A stretch of DNA of 54,566 nt from a virus (IMGVR_UViG_3300021368_000438:1-54566); one strand, 5' to 3'; positions 27,033-37,683 are shown, counted from the first letter of the stretch. A program made the numbers and translations. Notes: generated by a model not told the origin, from the sequence alone.

Positions 27033-27532
27033 TAGCTTGGCTTTGTCGGCCAGTCGTCATCTTCTAGATACGGCCAGTTAGAGTGCGTTGGTAAATCTCT
27101 CAGGGCGGTGCGGTAAGCTGTTTGCTCGGAGGTCATAGTTCTGTCTGACACAGCCCACCAGTCTGTTTCCTTTAAGCGTTCGCTTCGCTCTCTACGCATT
27201 TTGTCTGACCATGCAGCGTCTGTTTCTGCTTGGTAAGCTGCCTCTTGTTCTTCTTTAGTGCCTAACTCGTCATCATCGGCAAACATATCTACTAAATGCC
27301 ACGCTTCAAGCCACTGCCCATTACTGTCTTGTACTGCACCATTTCTTTCAGCCCTTTTAAATCTAGGAATATCTGATGGCGGTGGAGGCGGTTGATTTAA
27401 AATTGGGTCTACATTTAAATCATCGTAAACAAATTCACCCCAAACCTTTGGAAACGACTTGCCAGCATTTGCCGCTAGTAACTGGCTTTTCGTTTTTATT
27501 TCGCCTGTTGTTCTATCTCTATATCGATCCAT
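27032..27532 (-). CDS. Tail fibre assembly chaperone
   Basis: C-terminal R..R...L.ETDW.....YRTALRDLP....WPTKP motif. Confidence 0.85.
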   Translation of the reverse strand: MDRYRDRTTGEIKTKSQLLAANAGKSFPKVWGEFVYDDLNVDPILNQPPPPPSDIPRFKRAERNGAVQDSNGQWLEAWHLVDMFADDDELGTKEEQEAAYQAETDAAWSDKMRRERSERLKETDWWAVSDRTMTSEQTAYRTALRDLPTHSNWPYLEDDDWPTKPS

Positions 27533-27552
27533 CAGTTTACACTCCTTGCAAC

Positions 27553-29526
27553 TTAACTTGAGATTGCATAATAAATATATGTTTTCCCAGAGACTGATAA
27601 TTTGTTATCGTAATTATTCACGGTAAACCCACTACTGTAAGGGTCTATATAATCATAAACATCGGCAGAACCTGTGGAGTCTAAACGAAATCCTGTCGTA
27701 TTTCCTGAGACAATTCCTGTCCCCCCACCAAATGTCCAATAACTACTATTATTATCTAGCTCTTTAATTAAGACGAATTTTGCAGCGTTTGAGAAACCGC
27801 AATCTACGTTTACGCTGCTATTGTTTCCTGTATATCGGCCCATCTTGGTAATGCCACTTACTTCTCCAAACAAATACGCTACATACTCTCGTCCAGAAAA
27901 ACCTGTCTCTCCAGACCCCCCAACTGAAAAATGTGTTGCAGTTGGCGCTGTGTCATTCCATGAAACATCTCTATCGTAAGGGCCATAATCGGTGTCCAGA
28001 AAAAGCACGTAGTCTTCTGGGGCTGTTAAGTCCATGCTTTTGTGATAGATAGAAGGGTTCGATGAATGTGTTGTGCTTTTCACGAGCATCATGGCAGGGG
28101 CTGACCCTAGATTATGCGGAATTTGTTGAGCAGAACCTGTGCCGCTATAGGTCACAATATCGAAGGCATGTCTCCACCTTTTCCACATAAAAGTAGCGTA
28201 AGGATTTCCGAGAGTATTTGATAAGCCATCATGGTTATCCCAACGAATTGTAGGTGATCCATCTACTAAACCGCCTGTCCCATCGATGTTAAACCTTCTT
28301 CTACCAAATAGCCTTGTATATAATCTTGTATTAGAACCACTTGTTGATTTGGTAATAAACATATCTGGCGCAAACCCTGCGGTTACAGTTTGCGTGTAAT
28401 AGTTTGTATAAGTGTCATTATCTACTTCGAAGAATTGGTCTGAAGATGTAAGCGTTGACTCGCCACCTGATCTAATTGCTATGTAGTTAAAAGTGCTGCC
28501 ATTTACGTTCCAATGTATTGTGCTACTACCAGAACCAACTACCTTAAAACCTCTACCTGTAGGCACAACATATTGGTGTTCAATTGATGTCCCTGCATTA
28601 AATGCCAAGTCGCGTGTCTTTGTTGTGGGGCAATCATGGAAACCTATAGCATCGGCAATCATATTAATGTTTGAAGTAGAGTTCTGATTTTTAACTAATA
28701 AAAATGATGGATGCTATCCGAGATCATCTTCTACATCAGACGTACTTCCAGTGTATGATCCACATGCAATTTTACCAGTGCCATCATTATCTAAGCCATT
28801 TGGGTCATTTGCAAAACACCATATAATATAATCTTTATTAGTACCGTTAACATAAGCATGATCGTTTAGCGTAACGTGCGTGTCATTAACGCTAATCATG
28901 TTTGTCATTGTAATTGGGGCTTGGACATTTGGGTTTGTCTGCATTCTGTAGACTGTATTGGCTGCAAGGTCTTTATGCCAAAACATAGCATTCATACCTT
29001 CTATATCATTTTTGATAAAAATAGCACCTACTTCACAGCCTAAACCATGTGCAATTTTTCTTCCAGTTGTTCCATCCCCTGCATAAACTTGTTCTGAATA
29101 AAATCGACCAGACGTTCTAAGCACAACATCTAAATATCTATTATATGTACTGTTTTGCTGCCAAGCTGAAGTATAGCTATGCCCATTAGTTCCAAAAGTC
29201 ATATAGTTGCCAGAGTAGTACTTGCTTCCGTAAGAACCTGTAAAATCAAAGCGTACTGTAGTGCCTGGTATACTGCTACTGCGAGGCCAAAAAGCTTCAT
29301 TTCTAAGCACATTGTAATCAGTTGACCCAAATGCCCAACCTTTTGCATATGCTCTAGAAAGTACTGCGCCTGTATTGTTAACGGTATCTATGCCTGTTGT
29401 GAAAGTCCTATTAGCGTATGTACCGTTTCTGACAAATTGAGTAAATGTTTGGTCGAGAGGAGCTATCTCATGGGCATCTTCTCCAGCCCCTGCCGCACCC
29501 ATTAACATTTTTTTTAAGTTAACCAT
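27553..29526 (-). pseudogene. Tail-associated beta-repeat protein interrupted by one in-frame TAG (ORFs 28714-29526 and 27553-28662 in the same frame)
   Basis: 17 sense codons (HPSFLLVKNQNSTSNIN) link the TAG at 28714-28716 to the downstream ATG; the repeat motif YTG...G(W/F).P.F.L.K spans the stop. Confidence 0.75.
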
Positions 29527-29535
29527 ACTCTATTC

Positions 29536-32500
29536 CTATGCGGCTGCGTCTACTGCAAGTGCGCCATACCAAGTCGTGCCACCGTCTCTAGTTTGGAAAA
29601 CGTAGATGTCTGTCTCGCCACTTGCAGGAGCGTCTGGGGCAGTTCCCCCTGCAAACTTCACTGTTTGATTGGTTGTAAAATCTACTGTGCCACCGTTTCC
29701 AGTTAGTTCGAGGATAAAACCTACTAAATAGCCTGATATTGCACCACTAAATGTAAAAGTCGTATTGCCTGTCATAGTTAGGCTGAACATACCGCCAGAA
29801 GTTACATTACATGTTGGCGTTGTTCCTGATAAGGCATCATAATCTTCGTTTAAAGCACTATTTGTTAAAAACACACCTGATGTGCCAATACTCATTTCTT
29901 GACCACCACCAGCAACAAACACCATACCATTATTGTTAAACTGAAAGTATGTATCGGTATCACCTTCGTGATACATTCTGTTTGCCATATAAATATTATC
30001 GGCTGTAACGTTACCGTCTACATCCAGATTGCCGTACATGTTAACAGCGCCATTACCAGCCACTTTAAACCGTGGATAGTAGGCACTGTTATAATAGATG
30101 GATACGCCAAACAAGGTTTCGCTGCTGCTAGTGTCGCTATCCCCTAAAACAAGATACTGAGTCATAGTACCTTGTAGGTTTTTCATTACGCTTGCATTAT
30201 CGTGCTGATACGTGAAGCCACGCCCATCTGCATAATCTTGCCCTAGTTCAAGATAGTTATCATTACTAATGTCACCTACTTGTAAGGCATGATCTTCTAC
30301 CGCTACATGCGTAAAAAAAGTGGTGTAATTACTATCAATTTGTGCTCTTTCCGCACCGCCAACAAACATTTCTATAGTACCGTTCGTTTTGTTGCCTTGG
30401 ATAGCTGGCCTGTTAGTACCACCGCCCCAACCAATATAAACATCATTAGCAAAATCTATTGTGCCATTAAAAGTTAAATTACCTGTGGCTGTATCGTCTG
30501 CATCACTTCGTAAATAACTAGAGCCTTGCACACCATCTAATGTATCAGCATCTAGGCCAGAGCCAGAGCCATCTGTTAAACTTGTCCAAACAGTTTCGTA
30601 ATTGCTTGTAGACCCTTTGGCATACATCAAGTTATTGTTGCTTGTATCAACAAATACTTTGCCTTTTTCTCCAGAAGTATTGCTAAACTTTACACTAGGC
30701 CAAAATGAAGCATGATTGCGTATGACTTCTAACTGTTCACCCCACTCATCAGACTTAGCAATTATAGCAGGGTCAGTGCCAGTAGCTACAGTTATAGTTC
30801 CTGATGCACTGTCAGCAGCATCACTGCGGAGGAAGCTGCTTGCATGAAGGCTGTCTACTGTGTCTGCATTAATGTTTAACGCATCGATGTCTGATTTCGT
30901 CTGATCGGCTGTAGCGTTAGCTTCGATTGCATTTAGCTTCGTATGATCTGCATCTGTGAAGACATTGCTATCGGTTGCACTTTCTACTAACGCCCTGATT
31001 TCAGCCGCTGTTTGGTCGGCAGTAGCTCCACTTTCAATTCCATTGAGCTTCGTATGGTCTGCGTCTGTAAATACGTTACTGTCGGTTGCGCTTTCTACGA
31101 GAGTTCTTATTTCTGCGGCTGTCTGATCGGCGGTAGCGTTAGCTTCAATACCGTCTAGCTTTGCACCGTCTACCGAAAGGTCTCGACCATCGACCGTCTG
31201 TGTGCCTGAGAATGTAAGGTTGCCTGTTAGCTGACCGCCCGTAAGGGCGAGGAAGCCAGACCCTGCCGTTACGCCACCCTCCCAAGCAGAACCAGTCCAG
31301 ACTTTTAGGATGTTGCTGGTTGTGTTGTAGAATAAGTCGCCTTCGTCATTGTTGCTTGTAGGGTCGCTTGAGCCAATGCGGTACTTGTCTGCAAAGTCGT
31401 TAACAGAATTTATATTTGTTGCTACTGTGTTTACGTTGGCTATTGAACCGCTAACAGTATTAACGTTTGTGATAGAACCGCCAACGTTGTTTACATTTGA
31501 TATTGACCCAGCAACCACACTTAAATTGTTGCTCGATGCAGTAATGGTGTTACCCATCGCGTTGCCGTGAGCTGTACAGTAATATCTTAACGAAGACGGC
31601 GCATCAGACGGCACTGCAAATGTCACGGTAGCGCCAGACGACCCTGCTGTACCGCTAGACGTTACGCCTGATGTGTACGCATTGCCTGATCCATCTTTAA
31701 ACGCCAACGGATGGCCGCTGTTTGAGCTGTCGGATAAGTCGAACACATAAGTATTTCCGCGCACTAACGCCAGCGTTGGGTTGTTCACACCGTCGATGAC
31801 AAATACGTTTTGACCACTAACGTTTGCCACGGTGATAGTGTACGTTGTGCTACCTGTTAAAACACTAGCTAATGAGTTAATGTTACTGATATTCGTCGCA
31901 TTTGTGTTGACGTTACTAATGTCTGTAGCGACTGTTGATATTTTAGATGACCCACTGCTTAAATCAGTACCCACTGTATTTACGTTGGCAATTGATCCGC
32001 TGACAGTGTTTAGAGCTGACACGTTGGCTGTTGTCGCCATTGTGTTAAGGTCTGAAACAAAGTCTGATGTGGCGAGCTGGTTCAAATCAGCAACGATGTC
32101 ATTGGTCGCCAAAAGGTTTATGTCAGCTACAATATCAGTTGTAGCAAGCGTGTTAAGATCACTGACGATGTCTGTCGTTGCCAAGGTGTTTAAGTCTGCA
32201 ACGATGTCTGAAGTTGCTAATAGGTTTATGTCGTTAATGACGTCTGTGACTGCAACCTGATTAAGGTCGCTTACAAAGTCAGACGTAATAAGACTTGCTT
32301 TACCAGCAACTGCTGTAATGTCAGACGAGATGCCAGCCAAGGTATTCATGTTGGTGACGTTGGTTGATGTGCCTAAGACATTCATATCGTTTACGACGTC
32401 TGCCGTTCCGAGTGTGTTCATGTCTGATATAACGTCTGCCACTGCAAGAGTGTTCATATCTGCAATGACGTCTGTCGTTGCGAGGAGTGCCATGTCTGCC

Positions 32501-33249
32501 AATACATCGGTTGCAGCCAGAGCTGTGACAGATGAGCTTACGCCTGCGACTGTCGATACGTTTGATGAAATGCCTGATACAGTCTGGATATGACTAATGT
32601 TGCCCGAAACGGCTGTTACGTCGGGATGTGTTGCCCAGTATTTTGCAGAATAGTTTGTGCCGTCTACCGTGCCGCCTGTCTTGGTTGCCCACTCTTTGGC
32701 TGCGCCACCTGTTGATGAATTGGTTACGCCTGTGCCTCCGATTGCCCACGCTTTGGAAGAGTAGTCAGTTGAGGAAACTATTCCGTCTGTTTTGATCGCC
32801 CAGTCTTTTGCTTCTGATACGTCTACTATCTTGTCTGTGTTTGAAGATGCGATGACCGCCGCTTCGTCTGCGAATGTTGTGCCGCTTGTCAGGCCGTGGA
32901 CAATGTAAACGTCCTTGTTTGTCAGAGTAAGGAGGTCGAAGTTGTTGTAGGTCGTTGAAGAGTTAAATGCGCCAGTGATTTTGAAGAATGTTGTAACGTC
33001 TGTCCAGCTTGTATTGGAGTTAGCAAATTGACCGACGCGCACTTGGATTTTGTCTGTGGTCGTGTCAAATCTAAACTGGAAGTTGTCTGAGCGGAAGACG
33101 CCAGTGCTTGTGTCAAACATGTCGTCTAGCAAGTCGCTAAGTTGACGGTTGCCTATCTCTGCCGCCTCTAGGTAAGTGTCGAGTACGTGCTCTCCAGTCT
33201 TTGCGGATACAAAGCGGAGCTGTTCGCCTGTTGGTGCTGTAATTGCCAT
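29536..33249 (-). CDS. Long tail fibre protein (1237 aa)
   Basis: YSAKYWA repeats, 10- and 12-aa coiled repeats, DGSGSGLDADTLDG and FLRSDA motifs, C-terminal T.DGGTTWYG domain. Confidence 0.9.
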   Translation of the reverse strand: MAITAPTGEQLRFVSAKTGEHVLDTYLEAAEIGNRQLSDLLDDMFDTSTGVFRSDNFQFRFDTTTDKIQVRVGQFANSNTSWTDVTTFFKITGAFNSSTTYNNFDLLTLTNKDVYIVHGLTSGTTFADEAAVIASSNTDKIVDVSEAKDWAIKTDGIVSSTDYSSKAWAIGGTGVTNSSTGGAAKEWATKTGGTVDGTNYSAKYWATHPDVTAVSGNISHIQTVSGISSNVSTVAGVSSSVTALAATDVLADMALLATTDVIADMNTLAVADVISDMNTLGTADVVNDMNVLGTSTNVTNMNTLAGISSDITAVAGKASLITSDFVSDLNQVAVTDVINDINLLATSDIVADLNTLATTDIVSDLNTLATTDIVADINLLATNDIVADLNQLATSDFVSDLNTMATTANVSALNTVSGSIANVNTVGTDLSSGSSKISTVATDISNVNTNATNISNINSLASVLTGSTTYTITVANVSGQNVFVIDGVNNPTLALVRGNTYVFDLSDSSNSGHPLAFKDGSGNAYTSGVTSSGTAGSSGATVTFAVPSDAPSSLRYYCTAHGNAMGNTITASSNNLSVVAGSISNVNNVGGSITNVNTVSGSIANVNTVATNINSVNDFADKYRIGSSDPTSNNDEGDLFYNTTSNILKVWTGSAWEGGVTAGSGFLALTGGQLTGNLTFSGTQTVDGRDLSVDGAKLDGIEANATADQTAAEIRTLVESATDSNVFTDADHTKLNGIESGATADQTAAEIRALVESATDSNVFTDADHTKLNAIEANATADQTKSDIDALNINADTVDSLHASSFLRSDAADSASGTITVATGTDPAIIAKSDEWGEQLEVIRNHASFWPSVKFSNTSGEKGKVFVDTSNNNLMYAKGSTSNYETVWTSLTDGSGSGLDADTLDGVQGSSYLRSDADDTATGNLTFNGTIDFANDVYIGWGGGTNRPAIQGNKTNGTIEMFVGGAERAQIDSNYTTFFTHVAVEDHALQVGDISNDNYLELGQDYADGRGFTYQHDNASVMKNLQGTMTQYLVLGDSDTSSSETLFGVSIYYNSAYYPRFKVAGNGAVNMYGNLDVDGNVTADNIYMANRMYHEGDTDTYFQFNNNGMVFVAGGGQEMSIGTSGVFLTNSALNEDYDALSGTTPTCNVTSGGMFSLTMTGNTTFTFSGAISGYLVGFILELTGNGGTVDFTTNQTVKFAGGTAPDAPASGETDIYVFQTRDGGTTWYGALAVDAAA
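30890..31165 (-). repeat. Tandem ~37-aa (111-bp) repeats in tail fibre
   Basis: IEANATADQTAAEIR(T/A)LVESATDSNVFTDADHTKLN repeated about 2.5 times; coordinates approximate. Confidence 0.85.
32040..32530 (-). repeat. 12-aa (36-bp) repeats in tail fibre
   Basis: ATTDIVADLNTL-type units repeated more than ten times; coordinates approximate. Confidence 0.85.
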
Positions 33250-33524
33250 TAGTCGTAATACCCCATGTCTTTCATCAACTTGATTAGTTTCGATTTAGTA
33301 AGAGCGTACTTATCGGCGTCTGCTGGTTTGGATTCTGCTTCCAGCAGTTCTTTGACTTGTGCTTGTAAGCTAAGTGATTGAACCTCTAGCTTTTCGATAC
33401 GCTCTTCAAGCGCTTTGATTAGTGCGCCTGATCTCTCCTCCAATACGTCTGATGCGGCTTCAACATATGCTCCGACCGTTGCGTCAACTCTGTCTCTTAG
33501 TGCGTCTCTCTGTACTACGCTCAT
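33249..33524 (-). CDS. Hypothetical coiled-coil protein (91 aa)
   Basis: Coupled to portal stop and tail fibre start; AGGAG RBS. Confidence 0.7.
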   Translation of the reverse strand: MSVVQRDALRDRVDATVGAYVEAASDVLEERSGALIKALEERIEKLEVQSLSLQAQVKELLEAESKPADADKYALTKSKLIKLMKDMGYYD

Positions 33525-35458
33525 CGCTGTGCTCCTTGTCGCATTGGCACAAGGTTGCCCTTCTGCACTTCATTCTGAATGTCGTCTTGTGGTTTTACAG
33601 ATGCGCCACGCATCTTTTCCATTAAGGCTAACTGCTGCGATGGGCTTGGCCCATTGGCTTGTAATTCCTGTTGTGAGATGCGAAAGCGGTCGAGGTCTGT
33701 AATACCCATTGCACGAATGGCTTCTTCGGCAATCTTGCCAGCGTTGTACTCCATGTTAAGACCAGTTTTCTGCATGATCTGGAGCATGTTCATCCATGTC
33801 TCTGCATTTCTGGTAGGTTCGAGAGGAAGTGTTCCGTCTATGACGAGGTAGTCGATGTCGCCCTGTAGGTCTTTGGCTACTTCGTAATCGAGGTATCCAT
33901 CTTCGACGATGGACGAAAGTTGCGTTGGCATATTGTCCTGATCGATCTTAATCGATCCTTCGAGCGAGAGGCTGTCCTGTATGTTCGCCGTCATCATTCT
34001 GACCATTGGCCGTATTGTGGTCGCAGACATGATTCTGGATATGACTCCGAGGCGCTGAGAGCCTAGCTGAGTGAGCCTTTGAATCTCTGTTGCAGTTCTT
34101 ATCCCGTCACTGGTTGGCATACCCTGCTGGGCATCTGAGGCGGCTGAGACACGCTGCTTGAAATCAGCCATTGCTGCGATGTCATTGAAGTGTCCTCGTG
34201 TGACGTCTGGCACTTGCGCGATGAAGACACCGTCCCCTGGCTTTGTTCCAGGCAATGTTCGGACAACGCCCCACGGGTTTCTGTCGATAAGGTCAGGTAC
34301 AGAGACTTGGGTGGGGTCTACGAAGATCAAATTGTTGAGGGCTGCCGACACGTTGTCGATGCGTGATCGGAGCAAGTAGGTTGCGATGTCGTGCATCGGA
34401 AGCAAGAGATCGTAGAGGGATTGACCGTATGTCTTGTGAGTGTCTTGGTAAAGACCGCCGATTGCGACAGGGAACTGCTGACCGTATGGGTTTAGCTGGA
34501 AGCGGATGACGACGTTCTCATCAAGGATTGTAATGACAAAGAAGACCTGTTCGATAGAAGGAACGCCAATTTCGTGGCCTGCCATTCGAACCCAAGTCTC
34601 GTCTACAATGCGAGCATCGCCCAGTGTGAAGTAGGCGTGGTCACTGCGCTCGCGCTGGTGAGGTTGAGCTGGATCGATTGAAAGGCCACGCCCCTCTTCT
34701 TTGTGCCAATGGTGAGCATTCCAAGCGTTTCTGGGAGGAGACAATTTATGTCGAAGCGCAGGGAACATCTTTAGCTTTGGATAAAGGCCAGAGTAGAGGA
34801 GCGTGTTGTATGAGCAATAATCGGAGAAGACTATGTACTGCATATTGTCCCAGTCACCCCAGTTGACACGGGGGTCTGGAAAAACTCTTCGAGGATCAAA
34901 GTTAATGATGTGGTTTTGATTGCTTTTTGCGTCCCACACTACTTTTGTAGGCGCAAATCCGTAGCGGATGCTGTCCAGCAGCATCTGCGCCAGACGAGCT
35001 TCGCCTGCTGTACGGCGCATTTGTTGGTGTAAGACACGTTCGAGGATCATTGCAGACTGGCGTGACTTTCTGTTGAGACCTTCGAGCTGGAACATCGGGT
35101 TGCGGCCAGAGAGGGCTGCCATCATGTAGGTGAGGACAGTGTCTGCTATGGCGCGAGTGTCAGCTATAACTGCTTTTTCGCGGTAGGTTGTGGCGTCTGG
35201 GGGAACATAAACGTCGTGAGCGCGGTCTGCTTCTTTCCAGTGGTCGTAACGTTTTGATATTTTATAATATGACATATCGACCATAGACTTGACGTAGTCT
35301 ACGATTTTACGCTCTTGTTCTTCGTCCAAGAGGTGAGAGATGTCTTCATAGTTCGTAAGTTGATCCGCAAATTGCGATAAATCTACGACGACCCCTTCGT
35401 TAGGGCCAGACATGTATTCCGATTGTCTGTAAGACTGTTGTGTTCCAGAGTTTGCCAT
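33521..35458 (-). CDS. Portal (head-tail connector) protein
   Basis: 645 aa directly after terL; RYGFAP, DPRRVFPDP and RTATEI motifs of P22-like portals. Confidence 0.85.
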   Translation of the reverse strand: MANSGTQQSYRQSEYMSGPNEGVVVDLSQFADQLTNYEDISHLLDEEQERKIVDYVKSMVDMSYYKISKRYDHWKEADRAHDVYVPPDATTYREKAVIADTRAIADTVLTYMMAALSGRNPMFQLEGLNRKSRQSAMILERVLHQQMRRTAGEARLAQMLLDSIRYGFAPTKVVWDAKSNQNHIINFDPRRVFPDPRVNWGDWDNMQYIVFSDYCSYNTLLYSGLYPKLKMFPALRHKLSPPRNAWNAHHWHKEEGRGLSIDPAQPHQRERSDHAYFTLGDARIVDETWVRMAGHEIGVPSIEQVFFVITILDENVVIRFQLNPYGQQFPVAIGGLYQDTHKTYGQSLYDLLLPMHDIATYLLRSRIDNVSAALNNLIFVDPTQVSVPDLIDRNPWGVVRTLPGTKPGDGVFIAQVPDVTRGHFNDIAAMADFKQRVSAASDAQQGMPTSDGIRTATEIQRLTQLGSQRLGVISRIMSATTIRPMVRMMTANIQDSLSLEGSIKIDQDNMPTQLSSIVEDGYLDYEVAKDLQGDIDYLVIDGTLPLEPTRNAETWMNMLQIMQKTGLNMEYNAGKIAEEAIRAMGITDLDRFRISQQELQANGPSPSQQLALMEKMRGASVKPQDDIQNEVQKGNLVPMRQGAQR

Positions 35459-35464
35459 ACGTTA

Positions 35465-35496
35465 GTTGTACCTTCATTTAAAATAGTCGTCGTCCT
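35465..35496 (-). promoter_or_regulatory. Putative late promoter AGGACGAC-N18-TACAAC
   Basis: Motif 35489-35496, -10 at 35465-35470; the portal ATG lies at the expected +1. Confidence 0.55.
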
Positions 35497-37123
35497 ATAT
35501 AGCTCCCCATCCAGCCCATTTAGCTTTTGCTTTTGTGATTTGCGCTGATAAGGACTTGCCGAACGACTGATCGATGTCTTTGACGTTGTTAAGAGATTGC
35601 GATGCGTCACCGTGCAGAGCGAAATCTTCGGGGGATACTGACGTGCGAGAGAGGATGTCTATCGCCATTGTTGCTGCGTCTACTTGGTCGTCGTGGTTGC
35701 CGTTGGGGAATGAGACGCTTTCGTCGATGAAGGCGTCGAGCCATTCGGCTTCTTCGGGGAGGTAAACACGACCACCTTGGATGAGGGGGAGGATAGAGTT
35801 TACACGGGCGACCTTGTCTGTGTTGACCTTGTAGGGAATGACAGACATGCCTGACTGGCGCTTGAGTTCTTGGATGAGGGACTGACCAGAGGCTTTGTCT
35901 TCGATGTACATTGCGCGAAGGCCACGACCGCGCCAGCGGTTGTTGAGTTGGATCAGGCGTTGCTTGAGTTCGGGGAAGTCGTACTTGCCTCGAAGGATGG
36001 AGACAATGTAGATGTCACCGTTTCTGTCGAGACCAGCGACGACGGCGACTGAGTAGTCAGCGGTTTCTGTTTTCTTGAAGGCTGTGTCGCAAGCAATGAC
36101 GAGTGTCTGGAAATTTTCTGGCGAAAGATCGGCTGGATATTTCTGCCACCACTCTGTGCGGATGATGTTACCGCCAAGGATGTAGGGTGTTTGCTGGTAG
36201 AGGGATGCGAACTCTCTGGGGTTGAGGCGTTCGCGGCGCTTGAGGTCGTCTAGTGAGAAACGTTCTGGCCAGAGGGCTGCCTCCTCTTCGAGGTAGATGC
36301 CGCGCTTGCTTGGGTTGTCTGGGAGCTGTCCAGCCTCAACGTACATCGGGTGGTCTTTGGGGAGATGACGGCGATTTGTTTTTGTTTTGGCTTTTACTGT
36401 TTTGATTGCTGGGAAGTTGATGTGCTTCCAACGTCCTTCCGACCAGTCTTCTGTTTCTTGGAGACGGCCAGCTAAGTCGTCTGGATGCCAGCGTGTGAGA
36501 ATTACGATTTGTTTGGGGGGTGTGCCGTTTTGCTGGGGCTGGAGACGGGTGGCGAGGGCAGATGTGTAGTAGTTCCATGTACGATTGCGCTGGGTCATGC
36601 TCTCAGCGTCTTCGCGTGACTTGATGGGGTCGTCTACGAGGAGAAGGTTTGCTGGACGACCAGAGGTCGTGCCGCCCACACCGACAGCGAAGTATGCGCC
36701 ACCGTGTTCGGTGCGCCATACTTCTGCGGATCGGCTGTCTTTTGAGAGACCGAAGTCGGGGAAGGCTTGGTTGACGGACTTTTCTTCTACGACTGTACGA
36801 ACTTGGCGACCGAAGTCGATTGAGAGCTGGGAGTTGTAGGAACAGGACATCACAAAGCGCGTCGGGTCTCGCGCCATGAAGTAGGAAGGGAACAGAACTG
36901 TGCCGAACGTGGATTTTGCGTGGCGTGGCGGCATGGTTATGAGAATATTGTTCGTGCCGAGCGTCCCTTTTTCTAGTTGGTCGAGGGCGTCGATAAGTTC
37001 GAGCTGGAAATCTGCAAGTTTCCAGTCTGGATAGTTTAATTTTACGAAACCAAGGAACGTATCTTGGGCGTCTCGCAGTTTAAGGAGGTATTTTGCGGCC
37101 TCGCGCTGTGATGTCGTAGCCAT
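35495..37123 (-). CDS. terL: Terminase large subunit
   Basis: PPRHAKS Walker A, LLVDDPIK Walker B, TRWH, DTA...ADYS, IEDKASG and FPNGNHDDQVDA nuclease motifs. Confidence 0.95.
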   Translation of the reverse strand: MATTSQREAAKYLLKLRDAQDTFLGFVKLNYPDWKLADFQLELIDALDQLEKGTLGTNNILITMPPRHAKSTFGTVLFPSYFMARDPTRFVMSCSYNSQLSIDFGRQVRTVVEEKSVNQAFPDFGLSKDSRSAEVWRTEHGGAYFAVGVGGTTSGRPANLLLVDDPIKSREDAESMTQRNRTWNYYTSALATRLQPQQNGTPPKQIVILTRWHPDDLAGRLQETEDWSEGRWKHINFPAIKTVKAKTKTNRRHLPKDHPMYVEAGQLPDNPSKRGIYLEEEAALWPERFSLDDLKRRERLNPREFASLYQQTPYILGGNIIRTEWWQKYPADLSPENFQTLVIACDTAFKKTETADYSVAVVAGLDRNGDIYIVSILRGKYDFPELKQRLIQLNNRWRGRGLRAMYIEDKASGQSLIQELKRQSGMSVIPYKVNTDKVARVNSILPLIQGGRVYLPEEAEWLDAFIDESVSFPNGNHDDQVDAATMAIDILSRTSVSPEDFALHGDASQSLNNVKDIDQSFGKSLSAQITKAKAKWAGWGAI

Positions 37124-37344
37124 TAGTTGCTGCGACGGCGCATTTGGCGTGCCATTTCTATGTCAAAGGCCGCTGTGGGGGACAATACTGTCTTGGACAT
37201 GATGCCTGCGAGGTGATCGCGTACCGCAGCAGCCTTTTTGTGGTCTGGTACGGAGCTTAAATCTAGCTCAGACATGGCTTTTCCAAACTCATAGAGCGAA
37301 ATACGGGAGGGAATGGCCTCTGCTTGCTTATTGACTATCTTCAT
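37123..37344 (-). CDS. Hypothetical protein (73 aa)
   Basis: GAGG RBS; coupled to terL start. Confidence 0.6.
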   Translation of the reverse strand: MKIVNKQAEAIPSRISLYEFGKAMSELDLSSVPDHKKAAAVRDHLAGIMSKTVLSPTAAFDIEMARQMRRRSN

Positions 37345-37654
37345 CTGTGATTACCTCTGCATCTATTGCATCAATTCCAGCGGCTATGCGTTCTAGTTCT
37401 TCGCGTGACATGTCGATGACGTTCTTGTCAGACGTTTCAAGATGAACGCTGGAAGATTTTAGGTCGGGTACAACCTTATTAAGGAGAGCGGAGAAGACAC
37501 GGGCTTGTGTCGGATTCCAATCTACTGTGCCAAGGATAACTTCGTTGGCTATGCTTACGTGCTCTTGCATGAGGCCAGCGATTTGGCCTCTGATGTGAGC
37601 GGTTTGTGCAGGGGATAAAGTGTGCGCCTTTGCGAGCGCCATAGTTTTTGCCAT
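37328..37654 (-). CDS. terS: Probable terminase small subunit
   Basis: LLNKVVPDL and MSREELERI motifs, upstream of terL. An in-frame TTG at 37789 would add a CPVC...CSLEC extension. Confidence 0.6.
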   Translation of the reverse strand: MAKTMALAKAHTLSPAQTAHIRGQIAGLMQEHVSIANEVILGTVDWNPTQARVFSALLNKVVPDLKSSSVHLETSDKNVIDMSREELERIAAGIDAIDAEVITDEDSQ

Positions 37655-37683
37655 TTTTTTCAAGCTCGGTAATTTTTTTCTAC

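Noticed and set aside
28714-28716. Genome-wide TAG recoding or suppressor tRNA
   Set aside because: TAG ends terL, the tail fibre, scaffold and other genes normally, and the only tRNA found is Thr(GGT).
30890-32530. CRISPR array or DGR template/variable repeats
   Set aside because: The repeats are in-frame protein repeats with synonymous variation; no spacers, cas genes or reverse transcriptase seen.
1672-37000. Numerous short plus-strand ORFs in the late arm
   Set aside because: Antisense shadows of tightly packed minus-strand genes.
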